NCBI RefSeq assembly: GCF_009914755.1
Contig: NC_060925.1
DNA: 64,000 nt
DNA from: the human T2T-CHM13v2.0 reference genome, Homo sapiens
Strand: one strand, 5' to 3'
The notes below the pieces were generated by a model. It saw only the letters and a program-made list of their open reading frames with translations, did not search any database and was not told the origin of the DNA. Position 1 is the first letter of the stretch; each line of letters opens with the position of its first letter. Both the position numbers and the translations under genes were made by a program. Below are positions 41,381 through 57,039 of this stretch, piece after piece.

Positions 41381-42689
41381 TGTTCACCCTGAAAATATTA
41401 GTGTCAAATCAGACAAAATTATACCAGAAAAAGTTATAAAATATTTTTAAAATTTTAGTATTTGAAGCCTGTCATTTTAAGTTGTTTGAAAAGCTATGTG
41501 GACTAGAAAAAATATATTTAATATTTTATTTTTCAAGTAAATTGTATTGAATAAGGGAGACATTTCTAGAACTGCCCAAAAACTTTTGTAGTGCAGTTAA
41601 CCTTGACTTGCAAAGCTGAGAAAAATAAGCATAGCTGAAAAATCTAAATTCCTGCAATGGTATTTCCTAAATACATGCTCTAGAATGTCAGTTCCAGGAT
41701 CACTCTTCACTATGACTCTATTAGCCAAACCTAGGTCCTCACACTGATGAAGGAGCTGTGTTCTTTTTGTCTGAGATGTTGAAACAAAATACATTTTAGA
41801 GTAAGATTTAATAGTACCATACTGATGACCTCTTCTAATTTTTGCTTCATATCTCTACATTAACATTTTTAGTGTCTGTTCATTTATTTGTTTTAGTGTC
41901 TGAATGTTTTACAAACTGCAAATCCTTTCCTCACATTTTTTGAAACAAAACTTGGATAAAAGAAGCTTTTCGAGTATGAACAGTTCAAGAGAGGATAAAC
42001 TCTCCCTTGATACACTTGAGGTAGATTAAAAAAAAATCTTTCATGTAAAATTTGTTTTAAATTGTCTTACTCTTTACCAAACATAATTATTTCATGAAGA
42101 TTGTGCCTTAAGTAAATAAAGGAGCAGTATCCATTCCATTATGAACAAGTTAATGTTCATAAGAATAAAGGTAATAAATAGATAATGTCAAACAATAATG
42201 GAATTAGTGTATAATATACCTGCCCATTGAGCTGTGTAGAGTTTGTTACCTATTAGAGAGTCCAGCCTGACAAAATAATTTCACTCTGGGTCTTGGGAAA
42301 AATGGGGTAGGTTTGTCTCACACAAGAAGGGTTCATCTTTTTCTCCATAAAAAAAGGAAAGTTTCTTCCATATGGATCCTGTCTCTAGCATTGATGTGTC
42401 ATTCTCAAGTGTATCATATAGAAAATAAGTAATCTTATAGAAAATGGCTGAGAGATAGATTACTCAAGTGATGAGGAGATTCTGAGGATTCTTCGTAAAG
42501 TGAAATTAAGTATGAACTAATAAGCCTGGTTGGGGGTTACTATGGCTCAAGTCACACTGGTTCATTGAAGGGTAGCTTTTGCCTATATGGTTGAGTCCTG
42601 AAAGGCAGAAATGTAATGGCAGAGAGCTACTTTAAACTAGTAGTAAATATTTATGAGTATTGAATCAGTCTCACAGTGAATGCAAGCAC

Positions 42690-42900
42690 GGAGGCTATTA
42701 AACAATGGCCTTTATACAATCTCAGCTCACACACCATATGAGTAACTTTGGCCAAGTTATTTAACATCTCTTTGCATCAATATTTTTCTCAAAATAGGGG
42801 CTAACAGAAGCATTTACTTCATAGGAGTGTTGTGAAATTGAATAAGCTAATACGCACAAAATGTTTCATACAATGATTTTTATAAGATTATATGCTCAAG
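42690..42900 (+). mobile_element. MIR
   Basis: actttggccaagttatttaacatctct...cataggagtgttgtgaaattgaataagctaa. Confidence 0.7.
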
Positions 42901-42929
42901 AAATAGAAATTATTTATGTATCCACATGT

Positions 42930-44760
42930 TCTTTATTTAGTTGATCGATATTTATTGAGCACCTATTGTTTCAGCTACTGGTCTGTATGTAGGGGATATA
43001 ACAGTGAATCCTACACACACAAAAAATGTTTTTATTTATTTTATATTTTACTGGGGAGAAAAAGAATGAAATTAGTAAAATAGGTAGTATATTAGATTAT
43101 GATGAATGCTATGGAATAAAATAAAGGAGATGAATAGTTAGAAAATGATGGAAGAAATTATAATTTTAAATGAGTTAGGGAAGTGTATTAGTCCGCTCAG
43201 GCTGTCATAACAAAATACCACAGACTAGGGGGCTTAAACAACAGAAATTAATTTTCTCAGAGTTATGGGAGCTGGAAGTCCAAAATCAAGGTGCCAAAAT
43301 AGTCAGTTTCTGGTGAGTGCTCTCTTCCTGGCTTGCAGGCTTCTGCCTTCTCACTGCGTCTACACGTGGTGGAGAGCGAGCTCTGCTGTCTCCTCTTCTT
43401 CTTTTAAGGGCAGTAGTTCCATCAGGATGGAATCCGCCGGTATACCTCAGCGAACCTTAGTCATTTTCCTAAAGACCCTGTCTTCAATACAGTCACGTGG
43501 GGTGTTAGGTCTTCAACTTATGAATTCTGCGGGGGATACATTCAGTCCATAGCAAGGAGTAAAAGAACCATTTAAGGGAATATGTAAGTATCTAGAGGAA
43601 TTACTAGAGGATTATGTTGGGCAGGATAATTCCAGGAAGAAGAGAGTGTAAGAGTCAAGATCCTGAGGTGGGAACATGCTGGACAACGGAAATGGGTGAA
43701 GAAAAGAGTAGCAGGAAATGAGATAAAGAGGAAACAGGAAGGTTAGATTACATTCGGCTATTAAACTATTATAAAGATATTGATTTTAATTATGAGTGAG
43801 ATGGGAAGACTTGGTAGCACATAAGAAACAAGTTGTGACTAAGTTTTAATAAGGCCACTCTGATGGCAATATTGAGAATATACTAAAGGGGAAAATGGGA
43901 AGTAGGAAGACTAAATGGAAAGCTATTGGTCCAAGCAACTGTAAGCCAGAGATTACAGTGGCTTGAACTACAGTTGCAGCAGTAGATAAGGTGAATAACT
44001 GTCAAAATCTGGAAATAATTTTCAGGCAGAAAGAAAAAGATCTTTTCGTGGATAATATGTAGGTTGTGAGAAAACAGGAAAATTGAAGAATGGGTCTAAT
44101 TTTCTTGAACTGAGCGCCAAGAAAGGGAGTTGTTATTTAATATTTAGGTCGATATTGCAGGGGAACAGTTTGAAGGAATTTGATTCTGACATTTGGATAC
44201 ATTAAATTTGAAATGCCCATTTGATATGTAAATGGTGATGTTTCATGGACAGTTGTCTATAAATAAATGGAGAGAAGACTGACTATGTTTTGCATGTAGA
44301 CTTATCAATATGAAACTGGATTAATTCATCAAAGGAGTAATCTTAGATAGAAAACAAGCCTAGGTCTGAAGACTGACCACATAATACTATAACTTTAACA
44401 GTCAGTGAGATGAAGAGGTGCCAGTAAAAAGAATGAGGAAAAGTGAGAGAAAAAGAAAATTAACAGAACACAATGTTTTAGAAATCAATATACAAAAAGG
44501 AGCTGGAAGAGTTTGCAAAAGGAGATAATGATCACTTGCATCAAATATCACTGAGAAGTGAAGTCAGAAGAGAATTGAATAGTGGCCATTGTTTTTTGCA
44601 ACCTGGAGGTCATTGACAAAACAGTTCCAATGGAGTGCTGGGATCAAGTACTTAACTGGAGTGAGTTCAACACAAAAGAGTTGGAGAAAAGTAGAAAAAT
44701 AGCAGCCAGTAATTATATACAAGTATTTCAAGGGATTTTGTTATCAAAAAAGGAGAGAAG
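42930..44760 (-). mobile_element. L2 fragment, ~1.4 kb, interrupted by MLT1
   Basis: atatttattgagcaccta 3' end; tttggatacattaaatttgaaatgcc L2 motif. Confidence 0.75.
43184..43554 (-). mobile_element. MLT1B/MLT1A0 solo LTR
   Basis: cataacaaaataccacagactagggggcttaaacaacagaaa...ttcagtccatagca. Confidence 0.88.
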
Positions 44761-46189
44761 GATAGACAGTAGCTCCAGGGATAAGTGAGTGTAAGTAGGG
44801 ATCTTTTAAAATGTTATGATAGTAGAAATAAAGTTCATTTGTATATTAATAGGAAATATCAAATGTGTTGTAAGGCTTTTGTTTTACAACCATAGTGAGA
44901 AATATAATGGCAACATATGCCTCAAAGCAAACAATGTCCCTGGCTCTGCAAAGAAGGAAAATAAATCAGAAATGAGAGCACTAGGTAAGTGGCATTGATT
45001 TGCAATCAATTCAAGAATCTAACCATGGACTTCCTAGTGTACCTTGTTCCATAAACAGTTATTGGATTTAACACCATTTGGCTTCTCAGAGTTCATACAG
45101 GGGTTATTGCCTGGTATATCACTCCCTGGGAATAATGACCCTGTTTGATTTCTTACCTTTTTGGCCATTTGGTATAATTTTCAAACACCAATGTTTGTGT
45201 TTGCTGAACACCATATATTTCAAGAAAGGAAAGTCTTCATCTCAGTAATAATGGTGTGAAATGTCAGGAGGCAATCCCCTTTCAGTAATTATTTGGATAT
45301 TTAATATACGTATTAGCCAAGTGTAGTTAACTTGTTGATCTGATCATCTGACTCTCCTAGAGTCTTCAAGAGGACAGTATTAGTATTTGTATGATTAATT
45401 CATTGGAGGAACACTATGTTTATGGAACACAGAAACATTTGCAGTAGCAAGGCTCTAATTTTCTCCTACCTATACTCATAGCTTTATAGCTAAACTTACT
45501 AAGGGATAGTTATTATAAAAGAGAAAAACTATTAAATATTAAAAATGTTAAAAATCCCTGGGCTTTACCACAGAACTTCTGAACTTATAACCCCTGAAGT
45601 TATTGCTCAGGCAGCTGAATTTTAGCATAAAATAAAGAAAAAGATACAGCAAAGATATTACATAAGAATAAAATAAAGAGATACCAAAAATAAAGCTATA
45701 CAATAAATTAAAATTTTAAAATTAAAATGAAGTTTAAACTTAAAAATAATTTAAAAGACCAACTATATAAAATTAAAAATTTAATGGCAAAATTTTAAGA
45801 GACAAAATAAATTATATTGAAGAATAAAACAATAAAATAGCAGAAGCCAATTGGAAAAGATATTAAACACAACAACAAAAGGATTGGTTACAACTAAATA
45901 CATAGAATGGTACTAAAAGTTATGAAAGTTCTCAATATAAAAGTCAATGCAATTGTAGATTGATCACAAGAATTAATGTCTGAAAAATGTGTAAACATTT
46001 TGTAAAATGGATTAAAGACCACTAAAAGCAGAAAACTTGTCGTTTAGGGAAAGAGATACTTAAATTATAAATATAATAATAAAATAAGACAATACAATTT
46101 TTTAAAAAGTTATCAAAGTAAAAATATTTAACCCTTGAAAATGTCCAAAATATTCTTTTGCTTATTAATGTTTGGTCTATTATAAATCG

Positions 46190-46657
46190 CAATCCCCAGG
46201 GTTACACTAGACAGAAAGTTTCCTGGGCTCCACTACAGAATTTCTGAACTTATAACCTCTGGAGTTGTTGCTCAGGCAGCTAATTTTTTTTTTTTTTTTT
46301 TTTTTTTTTTGAGACGGAGTCTCGCTCTGTCGCCCAGGCTGGAGTGCAGTGGCGCGATCTCGGCTCACTGCAAGCTCCGCCTCCCGGGTTCACGCCATTA
46401 TCCTGCTTCAGCCTCCTGAGTAGCTGGGACTACAGGCGCCTGCCACTGTGCCCGGCTAATTTTTTGTGTTTTTTGGTAGAGACGGGGTTTCACCGTGTTA
46501 GCCAGGATGGTCTTGATCTCCTGACCTCGTGATCCGACCACCTCGGCCTCCCAAAGTGCTGGGATTACAGGCGTGAGCCACCGCGTCCGGCTAGGCAGCT
46601 GAATTTTAACATCCATAGGAGGTAATTATAATATACATCATTGATTAAGAACTGTTG
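46190..46657. mobile_element. MER5A-like hAT MITE split by AluY
   Basis: ttcctgggctccactacaga...attttaaca...taagaactgttg. Confidence 0.55.
46284..46592 (-). mobile_element. AluY
   Basis: Y diagnostics gcaagctccgcc and caccgtgttagccaggatgg; T27 tail; TSD aggcagct(g)aattt. Confidence 0.97.
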
Positions 46658-47518
46658 CTTTAAGGTGAACCATACATGCAAACCTGAAAAGAAAACGGTA
46701 ATAAAGAAGACAAATCAGTAACACACAAGAAATAAGATTATGTTTAATCTTTAATAAGGCTTAGGTAGCTCTGGATTCCTGAGAAATATAGGTTTTTATT
46801 GCAACAACCTCTCCACTTTTAGTCATTAAGTTTGTGATAATTTTTGGTTGTTATGTAGCAATAGAAAACTAAAATATAGAGTATACAAGGGAAAAGTAAT
46901 TAGGTTGTTGATGGCAAATACTGTTGCTCATATATGAAGGCAGATGCTCTGAAAGATGCCAGCCCTCTATCTTTCTGGGCTTGTCTGCAGCCTCAGAACC
47001 TTTCTTAACACAGTTCTGTGGAAGCAATATGCTCTGTACGAGATGTTGAACTGATTTTTCACCTTTCCATGAGACGTTTGCAATAGCACAAATGTGTAAT
47101 ATATCTTGTATCTTGAACACTGCAGGAGTGAAATTGTCAGAGTGGGACTAATCTAAGAAAATTTCAACTTTTTGTTAAGTGAATCTGGAAAAAATACCCT
47201 TTTTTCCTAGTGAAGCAAATATATACATATATATATATATGTATGTATATATATAGACAGAGATTTCAACAAAATCCTGTACCTCTAAGCTAGTATGAAT
47301 TGTGCTATTTTTTCACAAGGGGAAAAGGAAGATATGATCATATTTTCAAAAAATTCAAAAAAAATCATCCCTCCAATTTTCTAAACTATGAAACATCAAA
47401 ACATATATCAGGATTGATACAAATGTTTCATGGATTGTATTTCAATTATAACATTAATTTGTGTTAGTAATTTTAGGTATCAAATTACAATAAAATTATA
47501 AGGTATGTAAAACCTTTA

Positions 47519-48831
<1,313 letters not shown>

Positions 48832-48989
48832 TTCACATCACTCCAAATATAAATTATAAGAGCTACACATATAAGAACCATGAGTTCTTAAATGGTTTCA
48901 GGTTTATGAACTTAACATATTTATTTGTTTCCTTTAGCAGGTAGAGTTAGCCTAGTTTGTCTTCTGACTACAACTTTACAGTCAATAAA

Positions 48990-49572
48990 CACATTAGTTG
49001 AGTACTAAAAAAATTATCAAAAACTTGGCAGCTTAAAATAGGATGCATTTAATATCTTCCAGTTTTCCTAGGTTAGGAGTTCCAGCAGGAATAACTGGAC
49101 CCTCTGCTCATAATCTCATGAGGGTGAAATCTATGAGTTGGCCATGCTGCGCCCCTTTCAGGAGCTTGAGGTGCTCTTCTAAACTCAAGTAGTTATCAGC
49201 AAAACTCAGCTTCTTACAGACTCCTCATGTCCTAGTAGCTCCCACTCTTTCTTGAAATGTGGGGCTCTTTAAAACATGGCAGATTGCATCTTCAAAGTTT
49301 GTGACTTAAAGACCTCCTTTGAAAGAGTCACCTAATTAGTTCAGGGACACTCAGGGTGATCTCCTATTTTATTAACACCAAGTAAATAGATTAATGACCT
49401 TAATTACATCTGAAAAATTCCTTCTTGTTTGTCATGTAATGAAATAGAAGCAAGGGAGTTAAATCCATCATATTCAATAAGTTACACATATGTTAAAGGA
49501 AAATGAATTATATAGGCATTGTATATCATGGAGCAGAAATTTTGGGAGCCATTTAAAATTCTGCCTACCATA
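48990..49572 (-). mobile_element. MLT1E-type LTR
   Basis: Terminal ttgggagccatttaaaattctgcctacca; gaccttaattacatctgaaaaattccttc. Confidence 0.75.
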
Positions 49573-49999
49573 CTAATTTTTTTTGGGGGAAATATTCATT
49601 GGATATTGAGAATGTCCTTTTTTGCCTTGATATATGACTTCAGCTCTGAGAAGAAATTCAGGATGAGCTGAATACGGTGGTGTTAATTAAATTAAATCAA
49701 GGATATATAAGTAAGAGAATTGGTAAGGGCTTTCACATAAAACTTTTAAAACCTCTCTGAGTATAAAAGTGTTCCCTGATCTTCCAAAACACACACACAA
49801 AGTTGGATTTTCAAAGTAAACATATGATGGGCTCTCAAACAATAAAGACTATGAAGGAGGGATGGATGCAAGCAAAACTTTTAAATAATTTATCATTATC
49901 AGTGTACATTTAGACTCTTTAAAAATGAATAATAAATGTATTAATGTGTAATAGTGGTATATAATAAATAATATAGCAGATTATCAACACTTGATACAT

Positions 50000-50227
50000 T
50001 TACAAGTAGGAGCTAAGCTATGAGGATGCAAAGGCATAAGAATGAAATAATGTACTTTGGGGACTAGGAGGGAAGCGTAGGAGGGGGTGAGGGATAAAAG
50101 ACTACACATTGGGTACAGTGTACAATCCTCAGGTGACAGATGCACCAAAATCTCAGAAATCACGACTAAAGCACGTGTCCATGTAAATAAACATCATCTG
50201 TTCCACAAATATGATTGAAATAAAAAA
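50000..50227 (+). mobile_element. L1PB 3' end
   Basis: gagctaagctatgaggatgcaaaggcataagaatga...gggataaaagactacacattgggtacagtgtac. Confidence 0.85.
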
Positions 50228-51851
50228 TTCATAATAAATTTATAACAAATTATTCTTAACAAATATAGAAAATAAAAATAAGTTATATTTTAAACATATA
50301 ATCTTTTTTATAATGTTTATACAACATAAGTTGTTACTATTTTTGGTACTAATATTATGCTAGAAGATTATAGTCCAATATTGGTTCATATATTGATTTA
50401 CAGAAGCTCAAATTCCTTGAACCATTTCAAAGCTTTCCCCAGGCTATTTGTCTTTTACATCCAGGGGTGAAGGCCTGTATCACCCCTTTCTTTTTCCTTA
50501 GTCTGGCAAGTATACACAATTTTGTAAGCATAGGCAATGCGCTCCATTCATGCAAATTAGAGTGTGTAACTGTCTTGTACAAGCTTAGCATTAATTTACA
50601 ATCTAGTTTAATAATGCCCTTAAGATTTGCAGTGTAAGGCAATTTTAATAGAATTACCAGAGAAGAACATGTTATGAAGCCCTATGAAAGTCATATTGTC
50701 ATATTGTTGACCCAGTTAAAATCACAGCATACTGAAAATCTCACACAACTTGTAGTGGTTTGGTAGTCTCTGAGCTTGTGTATAAACTTTTATTGTCTTG
50801 TTTTCTGGTTTAGATTTCTCCAGACATACATATTTTATGACAAAATAAGTGAATAATAATAACCAAAGTATAATATGTAGCAAAATGCCCTATATTGACT
50901 TTGTGCTTATCTTATGATGAATAACCAGTATTAATGATGTGTTTTGTATATACATCTTAATGGTTACATAAATAATTTAGTTTTGTTAATCTCTGCTATG
51001 AAAGATAAAATATATGAAATTTTAGTATGACAAAATATTAACACTTTAAGACATACAGAGTAGAATTCTGGTTCTAAAAGCAACAACGAATAAGTTGAAG
51101 GAGGGTATAGATTCATTGTAAAATATTTTAGCTAATGTTTGTCTAGCATTTAAAGAGTACTTGGCACTGTGGTGTTTTACCACTGATGTTTCATTTCTAC
51201 CTAAAAACTATCCTATGAGGTAGGTATTCTCTAGATTTAGAAGTAATTGTAAGAGGCTAAGTACTTAAATCATGGGAGTAGCAAGAGATAATTGTGAGAT
51301 GTCAGCCTGTTTTGCTTTGATTCTAAACTATGAGCCATTAATCATCATATAATGTTGTCACACAATTCTTACATTTTTGGTACTGTGTAATGTAAGAATC
51401 CCTAAAAAATCTAAAATCACAAAATAACCTTTGGTAAAAGCAGTTTGTGAGAATTTAATTTTTTAAAACTTTTATTTTTTAGATTTAGATCACATTTTGG
51501 GACAATTTTTAAGCATTTTATATTGTTTCAATCATAATTTTTAAAAAAGTTTTACAGGGTTCTTCCTAGGTATCCTTTAGTATGTAGCATGGCCATGACT
51601 AAACTTCTAAAAAGGAAGATATGAAGAAGACCTCTATGGTCACACTCCTCCCTAGGACCTTGTCACTTGTTTTTACCTTTGCCTGAAATGCACCTTTCTC
51701 ATCTCGCTGTCTCACTTCTTTCAAGTCTGTGCTCAAATATTCCAGTCTTCCCAGACCACTTTGCTTAAAATACTACCCCACATTAATACTCTTTAACCTT
51801 CTCTCTCCCTTTGATTTTTTTCCATAACACATATTAACATCGAATGTAGCA

Positions 51852-51989
51852 CAGTCAGCCCTCCATATCCACAGATGTAGAACCTGAGGATACTAGAGAG
51901 CAGACTCTAAGGGACTTAAGCATCCACAGATTTTGCTATGTTGAAAGGGGTCCTGGAACCAATCTCTGACAGATACCAAGGGACAACTG
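51852..51989. mobile_element. Short MER2-like Tigger MITE inside L2 remnants
   Basis: TIRs cagtcagccctccatatcc / gataccaagggacaactg followed by TA. Confidence 0.75.
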
Positions 51990-52197
51990 TATATATTTTG
52001 CTTATTTATCGTTTGTTCTGTCTTTATTTACTAGAAAATGATTTACATTGGTGCCAGCATGTTTGTCTCATTTTTTTACTGTTTAATCACAGCAACTGAA
52101 ACAAAAACTATAGTATTTAATCAATGTACATTTGTTGAGAAAAAAACAGAAAAGAACAACACAAAAAAGAATTTCTCTCTCATTCTTTACGATTTTT

Positions 52198-53360
52198 CTA
52201 TTCATCTCTAAACAATAAGGACACGTTCTAAGAAATGCGTTGTTAGGTGATTTTGTCTTTGTGCAAACATCACAGAGTGTACTTAAACCTAGATGGTATA
52301 GCCTACTACACACCTAGGATACATGATATGGCTATTGCTCCTAGGCTACAAACCCATACTAAATACTCTGGGCAATTATAATGCAGTGGTAAGTATTTGT
52401 GTGTTTAAGCATACCCAAACATAGGAAAGGTATAACAAAAATATGCTATAAAAGATATAATGTGTCTGTGTAGGGCACTTACCGTAAATGGAATTTGCAG
52501 GCCTGGCAGGTCCTCTGGATGAGTCACTGAGTGGGTGGTGAGTGAATGTGAAAGCCTAAGACATTGTACCCTTATGTAGACTTTATAAATACTGCACACT
52601 TAGGATATAGTAGATTTATTTAAAAATTTCTTCAAAAGTAAATTAGCATTAGCTTACTATAACTTTTTTACTTCATAAATTTTTAAAGTTTTTAAAACTT
52701 TTTAACTATTTTTCAATAACAATTTAAACACAAATACGTTGTATACCTGTATAAAAATATTTTTTGTTTATATCCTTATGTAATAAGACTTTTTCCTATT
52801 TTTGTTCTTTTTCTTTTTACTTTTAAAAATGTTATCATGAGCTAAAACACAACCTCACATGTTAGCCTAGGCCTACACAAGGTCAAGATAATCAATATCA
52901 TTGTATTCCACCTTCAAGTCTTGTTCCAGTAGATCTTCAGGGGCAATAACACCCATGAAACTGTCATCTTCTTTGATAACAATCTCTTCTTCTGAGAATA
53001 GCTGCCTGAGGCTGTTCATAGTTAACTTTAAAAAAAATGCATACAAGGAGCATATTCTAAAATAAGGATAAAAAGCATACAATATTAAATACATAAATCA
53101 GTAACATAGTTATTGTCATTATCAAGTACTATCTACTGTACATAATTGTATGTGCTATACTTCTGTACAACTTTCAGCAAGTAAATTTGTTTATACCAGC
53201 ATCACCACAAATTCATGGGTAATGTGTTGTGCTATGTTGTTATGGCAGTTATGATGTCACTAGGTGGTGTAAATTTTTCAGCTCCATTATAATCTTATGG
53301 GACCACCATCTTATATGCAGTGTGTCGTTGAACAAAACATTGTTATATTGCTCACAACTG
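52198..53360. mobile_element. Tigger3b (MER7/Golem) non-autonomous element
   Basis: cgttctaagaaatgcgttgttaggtgattt...tgctcctaggctacaaacc...ataatcttatgggaccacc...aactg followed by TA. Confidence 0.88.
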
Positions 53361-53361
53361 T

Positions 53362-54620
53362 ATATTTATTCATTCATTAAATATTTATTGAACACCTATG
53401 CCATGATAAATATATTTTGTTGTACAGGAAAATAGTAATTCAGGAGATACAAAAGCCTTATTTTCTGTAGGTTTACTATCTAGTCAGGGTAAATGGGCAA
53501 AAAACCAACCAGCAATTTTTTTAAACATGTTCCAATGGTACTAATTATAGTGAAGGAAACCTAAATGGGGTGCTGTGTTAAAGTGTGACTGTGCTATCAG
53601 ATGCTGTGCTAGCTACACAGCAAGGTTAGAGGCAGCCCCTTTGTTATATAAGTGCTATTTAAACTGAGGCCTCAAAGATGTAAATGAGACAGCAAGGTAA
53701 AGATATATGAGAATACTGTTTTCTACTGAGGATAAAGCAAGAACAAAATAGAACAGGACAGAGCAGCACAGTATTTTTTTATTATTATACTTTAAGTTCT
53801 AGGGTACATGTGCACAACGTGCAGGTTTGTTACATATGTATACATGTGCCATGTTGGTGTGCTGCACCCATTAGCTCGTCATTTACATTAGGTATTTCTC
53901 CTAATGCTATCCCTCCCCCCTCCCCCAACCCATGACAGGCCCTGGGGTGTAATGTTTCCCGCCCTGTGTCCAGGTGTTTTCATTGTTCAGTTCCCACCTA
54001 TGAGTGAGAACATGCGGTGTTTGGTTTTCTATCCTTGTGATAGTTTGCTCAGAATGATGGTTTCCAGCTTCATCCATGTCATTACAAAGGACAGGAACTC
54101 ATCCTTTCTTATGGCAGAGCAGCACAGTATTTTTAAGAAGCAAAGGAGCTCATTGTGGAAGGACCATGCAACCAAGGGGGACACCGATAAATAGACAGAA
54201 AAGTGAAAAAAATTTAACTAGTATTTTTGAAAGATAATGCTGGGTGTTCTGTGGAGAAGGAGTTACAGTGGAGCAAAAGTGGGAGCCAGGTGGTGACTAG
54301 GAAGCAACTGTTTTATTCAAGGCTGTTATGCTCAAGGCTAGTTTTAAGGATTAAGGTAGTAGCAGTGGAAATTAAGAGAAATGCATGTATTTGAGAGACA
54401 TTGGAAGTAAAGTCCACAGTACTTGCTGATGGATTGTATGGGAATAAAGAAAGAAGGTAAATAAATAATAACCTTCAATTTTTAGGCCTGAGCAACTTCT
54501 AAATTTTAATATGCCCCTTAGGGAAAATCAAGAATGATGTTTAGTATACATTATGTTTGAAATACCTATTAAACATCCTAGTGGAGATGTAAAGTGGGCA
54601 ATTACAGGCATCTGGAAGTG
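53362..54620 (-). mobile_element. L2 fragment hosting a short L1PA
   Basis: attcattcattaaatatttattgaacacctatgcca 3' end; tgtttgaaatacctattaaacatcctagtggagatgt. Confidence 0.75.
53774..54115 (-). mobile_element. L1PA (about PA5/6) 340-bp 3' fragment
   Basis: Perfect TSD agagcagcacagtatttt on both sides; L1PA 3'UTR. Confidence 0.95.
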
Positions 54621-57039
54621 AGATGAATATTGAACTGTACCTGCTGGCAATCTTATTTGTTACTTTATTTCCATGGACTAGATCAGTGCCTTGCACATAG
54701 CTGAAGATCGATAAATATGTGTTGAATCGAACACTGTTTCTCCGTCCTCCAATTTTGTATGCAGAAAATCTTATCTCTATTTGTAATTTCTACTCTTTAA
54801 AATATTTATAGATTTCCAATGTTTCCAATTTTTTCTTAACTGTTGGTAATACAGTGATTAAAATCCAAATCCTTAGTTTTCTCAATTTTTTGAAATGACT
54901 GACAACTACATTGTTCTGAACATGTGACAAAATAATGCTAATCCAGCCTAAACTCCTCTTGTTTGAAAGCACATCATTTGCAAGCTCTGAAATTATGTTA
55001 ATTAATGCTAGCTTTAAACCTTTAAAAATCAAAGACCATACCTTCTTTGAGTTTCCTTTCAAGACAAGTATTTGTTTTTCTCTTAGATGTTTTTTTCTCA
55101 GTGCTTTTACTCTTTTAAATATAATAAAAGTTTAGTATAAATAACAAAAACACAACACAAAACTTCTATTCTGCTTCAGGGTCTAAAATCCAATTATATT
55201 TTATTGTGAGAGTTGGAATAAAGTAAAAGAAAAAAAGTAGGAAACACCAATACATCTTATAAGTAAAGTGAAGCAATTTCCCTGGAGACAAGAATAACAC
55301 ATATCTTCTAACCTCATCTATCTTAGTATTCAGAGCACTGCAAACTGGAGAGACTTTAAATAAAACCAATAGGCATTTTCATTTCTTAACATATTATTGA
55401 ACCTAACTGGACTTCATCAAATATTGTGAGATGCATAATATTACTTCCTACCCCCCTTCAGATTAGGTACTTATTCATTGAAAATTGTCAAATAAACAAA
55501 TAATATCTCTGTCAAAGAGCTATTTATCAGCTTCTGATATCATGGGCCTTGCATTTTTAGATTTGCAGATGTTTTGAGAAGGGCTTTCTAACTTACTTAA
55601 CATCATCCTATCATCCTATGGTCAGAACATAAAAAAAAGTAGGACAAAATCAGAGGAAATTGGAGAAACAGAACTGTCATTATGAACCTATGTACACATA
55701 TTGGGTGTTTTCTATGATACATTGTTGCTTGAAATAATATACGGTTTTATTGGAATATTTTAAGACCGGTGTGGATATTAACTTTTTTTAGAGGTTGTAA
55801 CAGGTTAGCAAAGTGGCAAAGGCAGCTCTGTTATATTAAATTATTCACTTTTACTATTTTGATCAAACAGGCTGATCTGACATTGTTTATTATATTATAC
55901 AAGTGAATTCCCATTTGAATTTACAATGAGAAAAAAAGAAAACTAACAAGTTCCTAGAATGTAAGCCAAAAAAATCACAAAACTATATAATTAGGAAAAA
56001 ATGTGATAGACATATTGGAAGACAAAAGTAAATTAAAAACATGTCAATTAGACTGCACAAAAAATTATTCAATCACTGTGTTTCTGTTTTGCTATATTCA
56101 AACAAAATTATCAGCTAGAGTTAATAGTAAATATTTAAATGTGTTTCAAAAATCAATCATTGTTATTTATTTCTTCTCTTTCTTACTGTTCACCTCCACC
56201 TCCATCCCTGTACTCTGGTGTGCAGATGCCCTGCCTTCAAAGAATGTCTTTCTTCTCCCTGACTATCCCAATTCTTCCTATCCTTATGTCAAGCAGAAGT
56301 CCAGTTATCTCTATGAAGCTTTCTATTTCTTATTGACTTTTCCTTCCTCAGTAAGTATAGCACCTTGCTCTCTTTATACATTTAAAAAAAAAAAAAATCC
56401 TGGAATGAGAAGAGGCCTTAAAAGTTATTTAACTTATCATTAACATATATTCATTGTCCTTTGTAACACCATTAATAAACATCCTACATGGATAATCATG
56501 ACGTGGACCACAATACATAAGGGATTTCCTTTATTTAACAGTTATTAAGTTGGTTTTTTAAATTTGTTTTCTTTTTTCACTTTATTGAATCAAACTCTAC
56601 TTCCTAGGTCCTAACTGCTTAACTGCTTATCTCTTCACTCTTCACTATATGACACTAGATTACAAATTGCTAAATAGGAGGAATGGTAGTATAATTTAAT
56701 CTGAATAATGCCTTGCAAAACGGGGTAAACAAGTATTTACCAACTTGTTTTTTTGAAGTACAGATTCCAGTTTTGGCTCAATGCTCTAGGTGCTGTCTGA
56801 GCAGCACATGTAAGAACAACTTGCTTTGTGATGAATACCATACATTTACTTACGTGGACAACAATTATGCTAGTCAGTTTGGCAGACTCATCACACCACT
56901 GTTAAATTGTACTGAGCATATACTTAGGTAAAATCTTATCATCTTGCAAATGTGTTGTGATATTTAGTCATGCATCTATTAATATGAGTCATTTTAGCCT
57001 GGAGTCAATGTTTCTTTCTCCTTTACATAGGGTCTCATA

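Noticed and set aside
56003-56443. 146-aa ORF and other AT-rich ORFs such as 22529-22852 and 3093-3443
   Set aside because: Low-complexity F/I/L/K-rich translations with no recognisable domain, often non-ATG starts, some overlapping decayed repeats.
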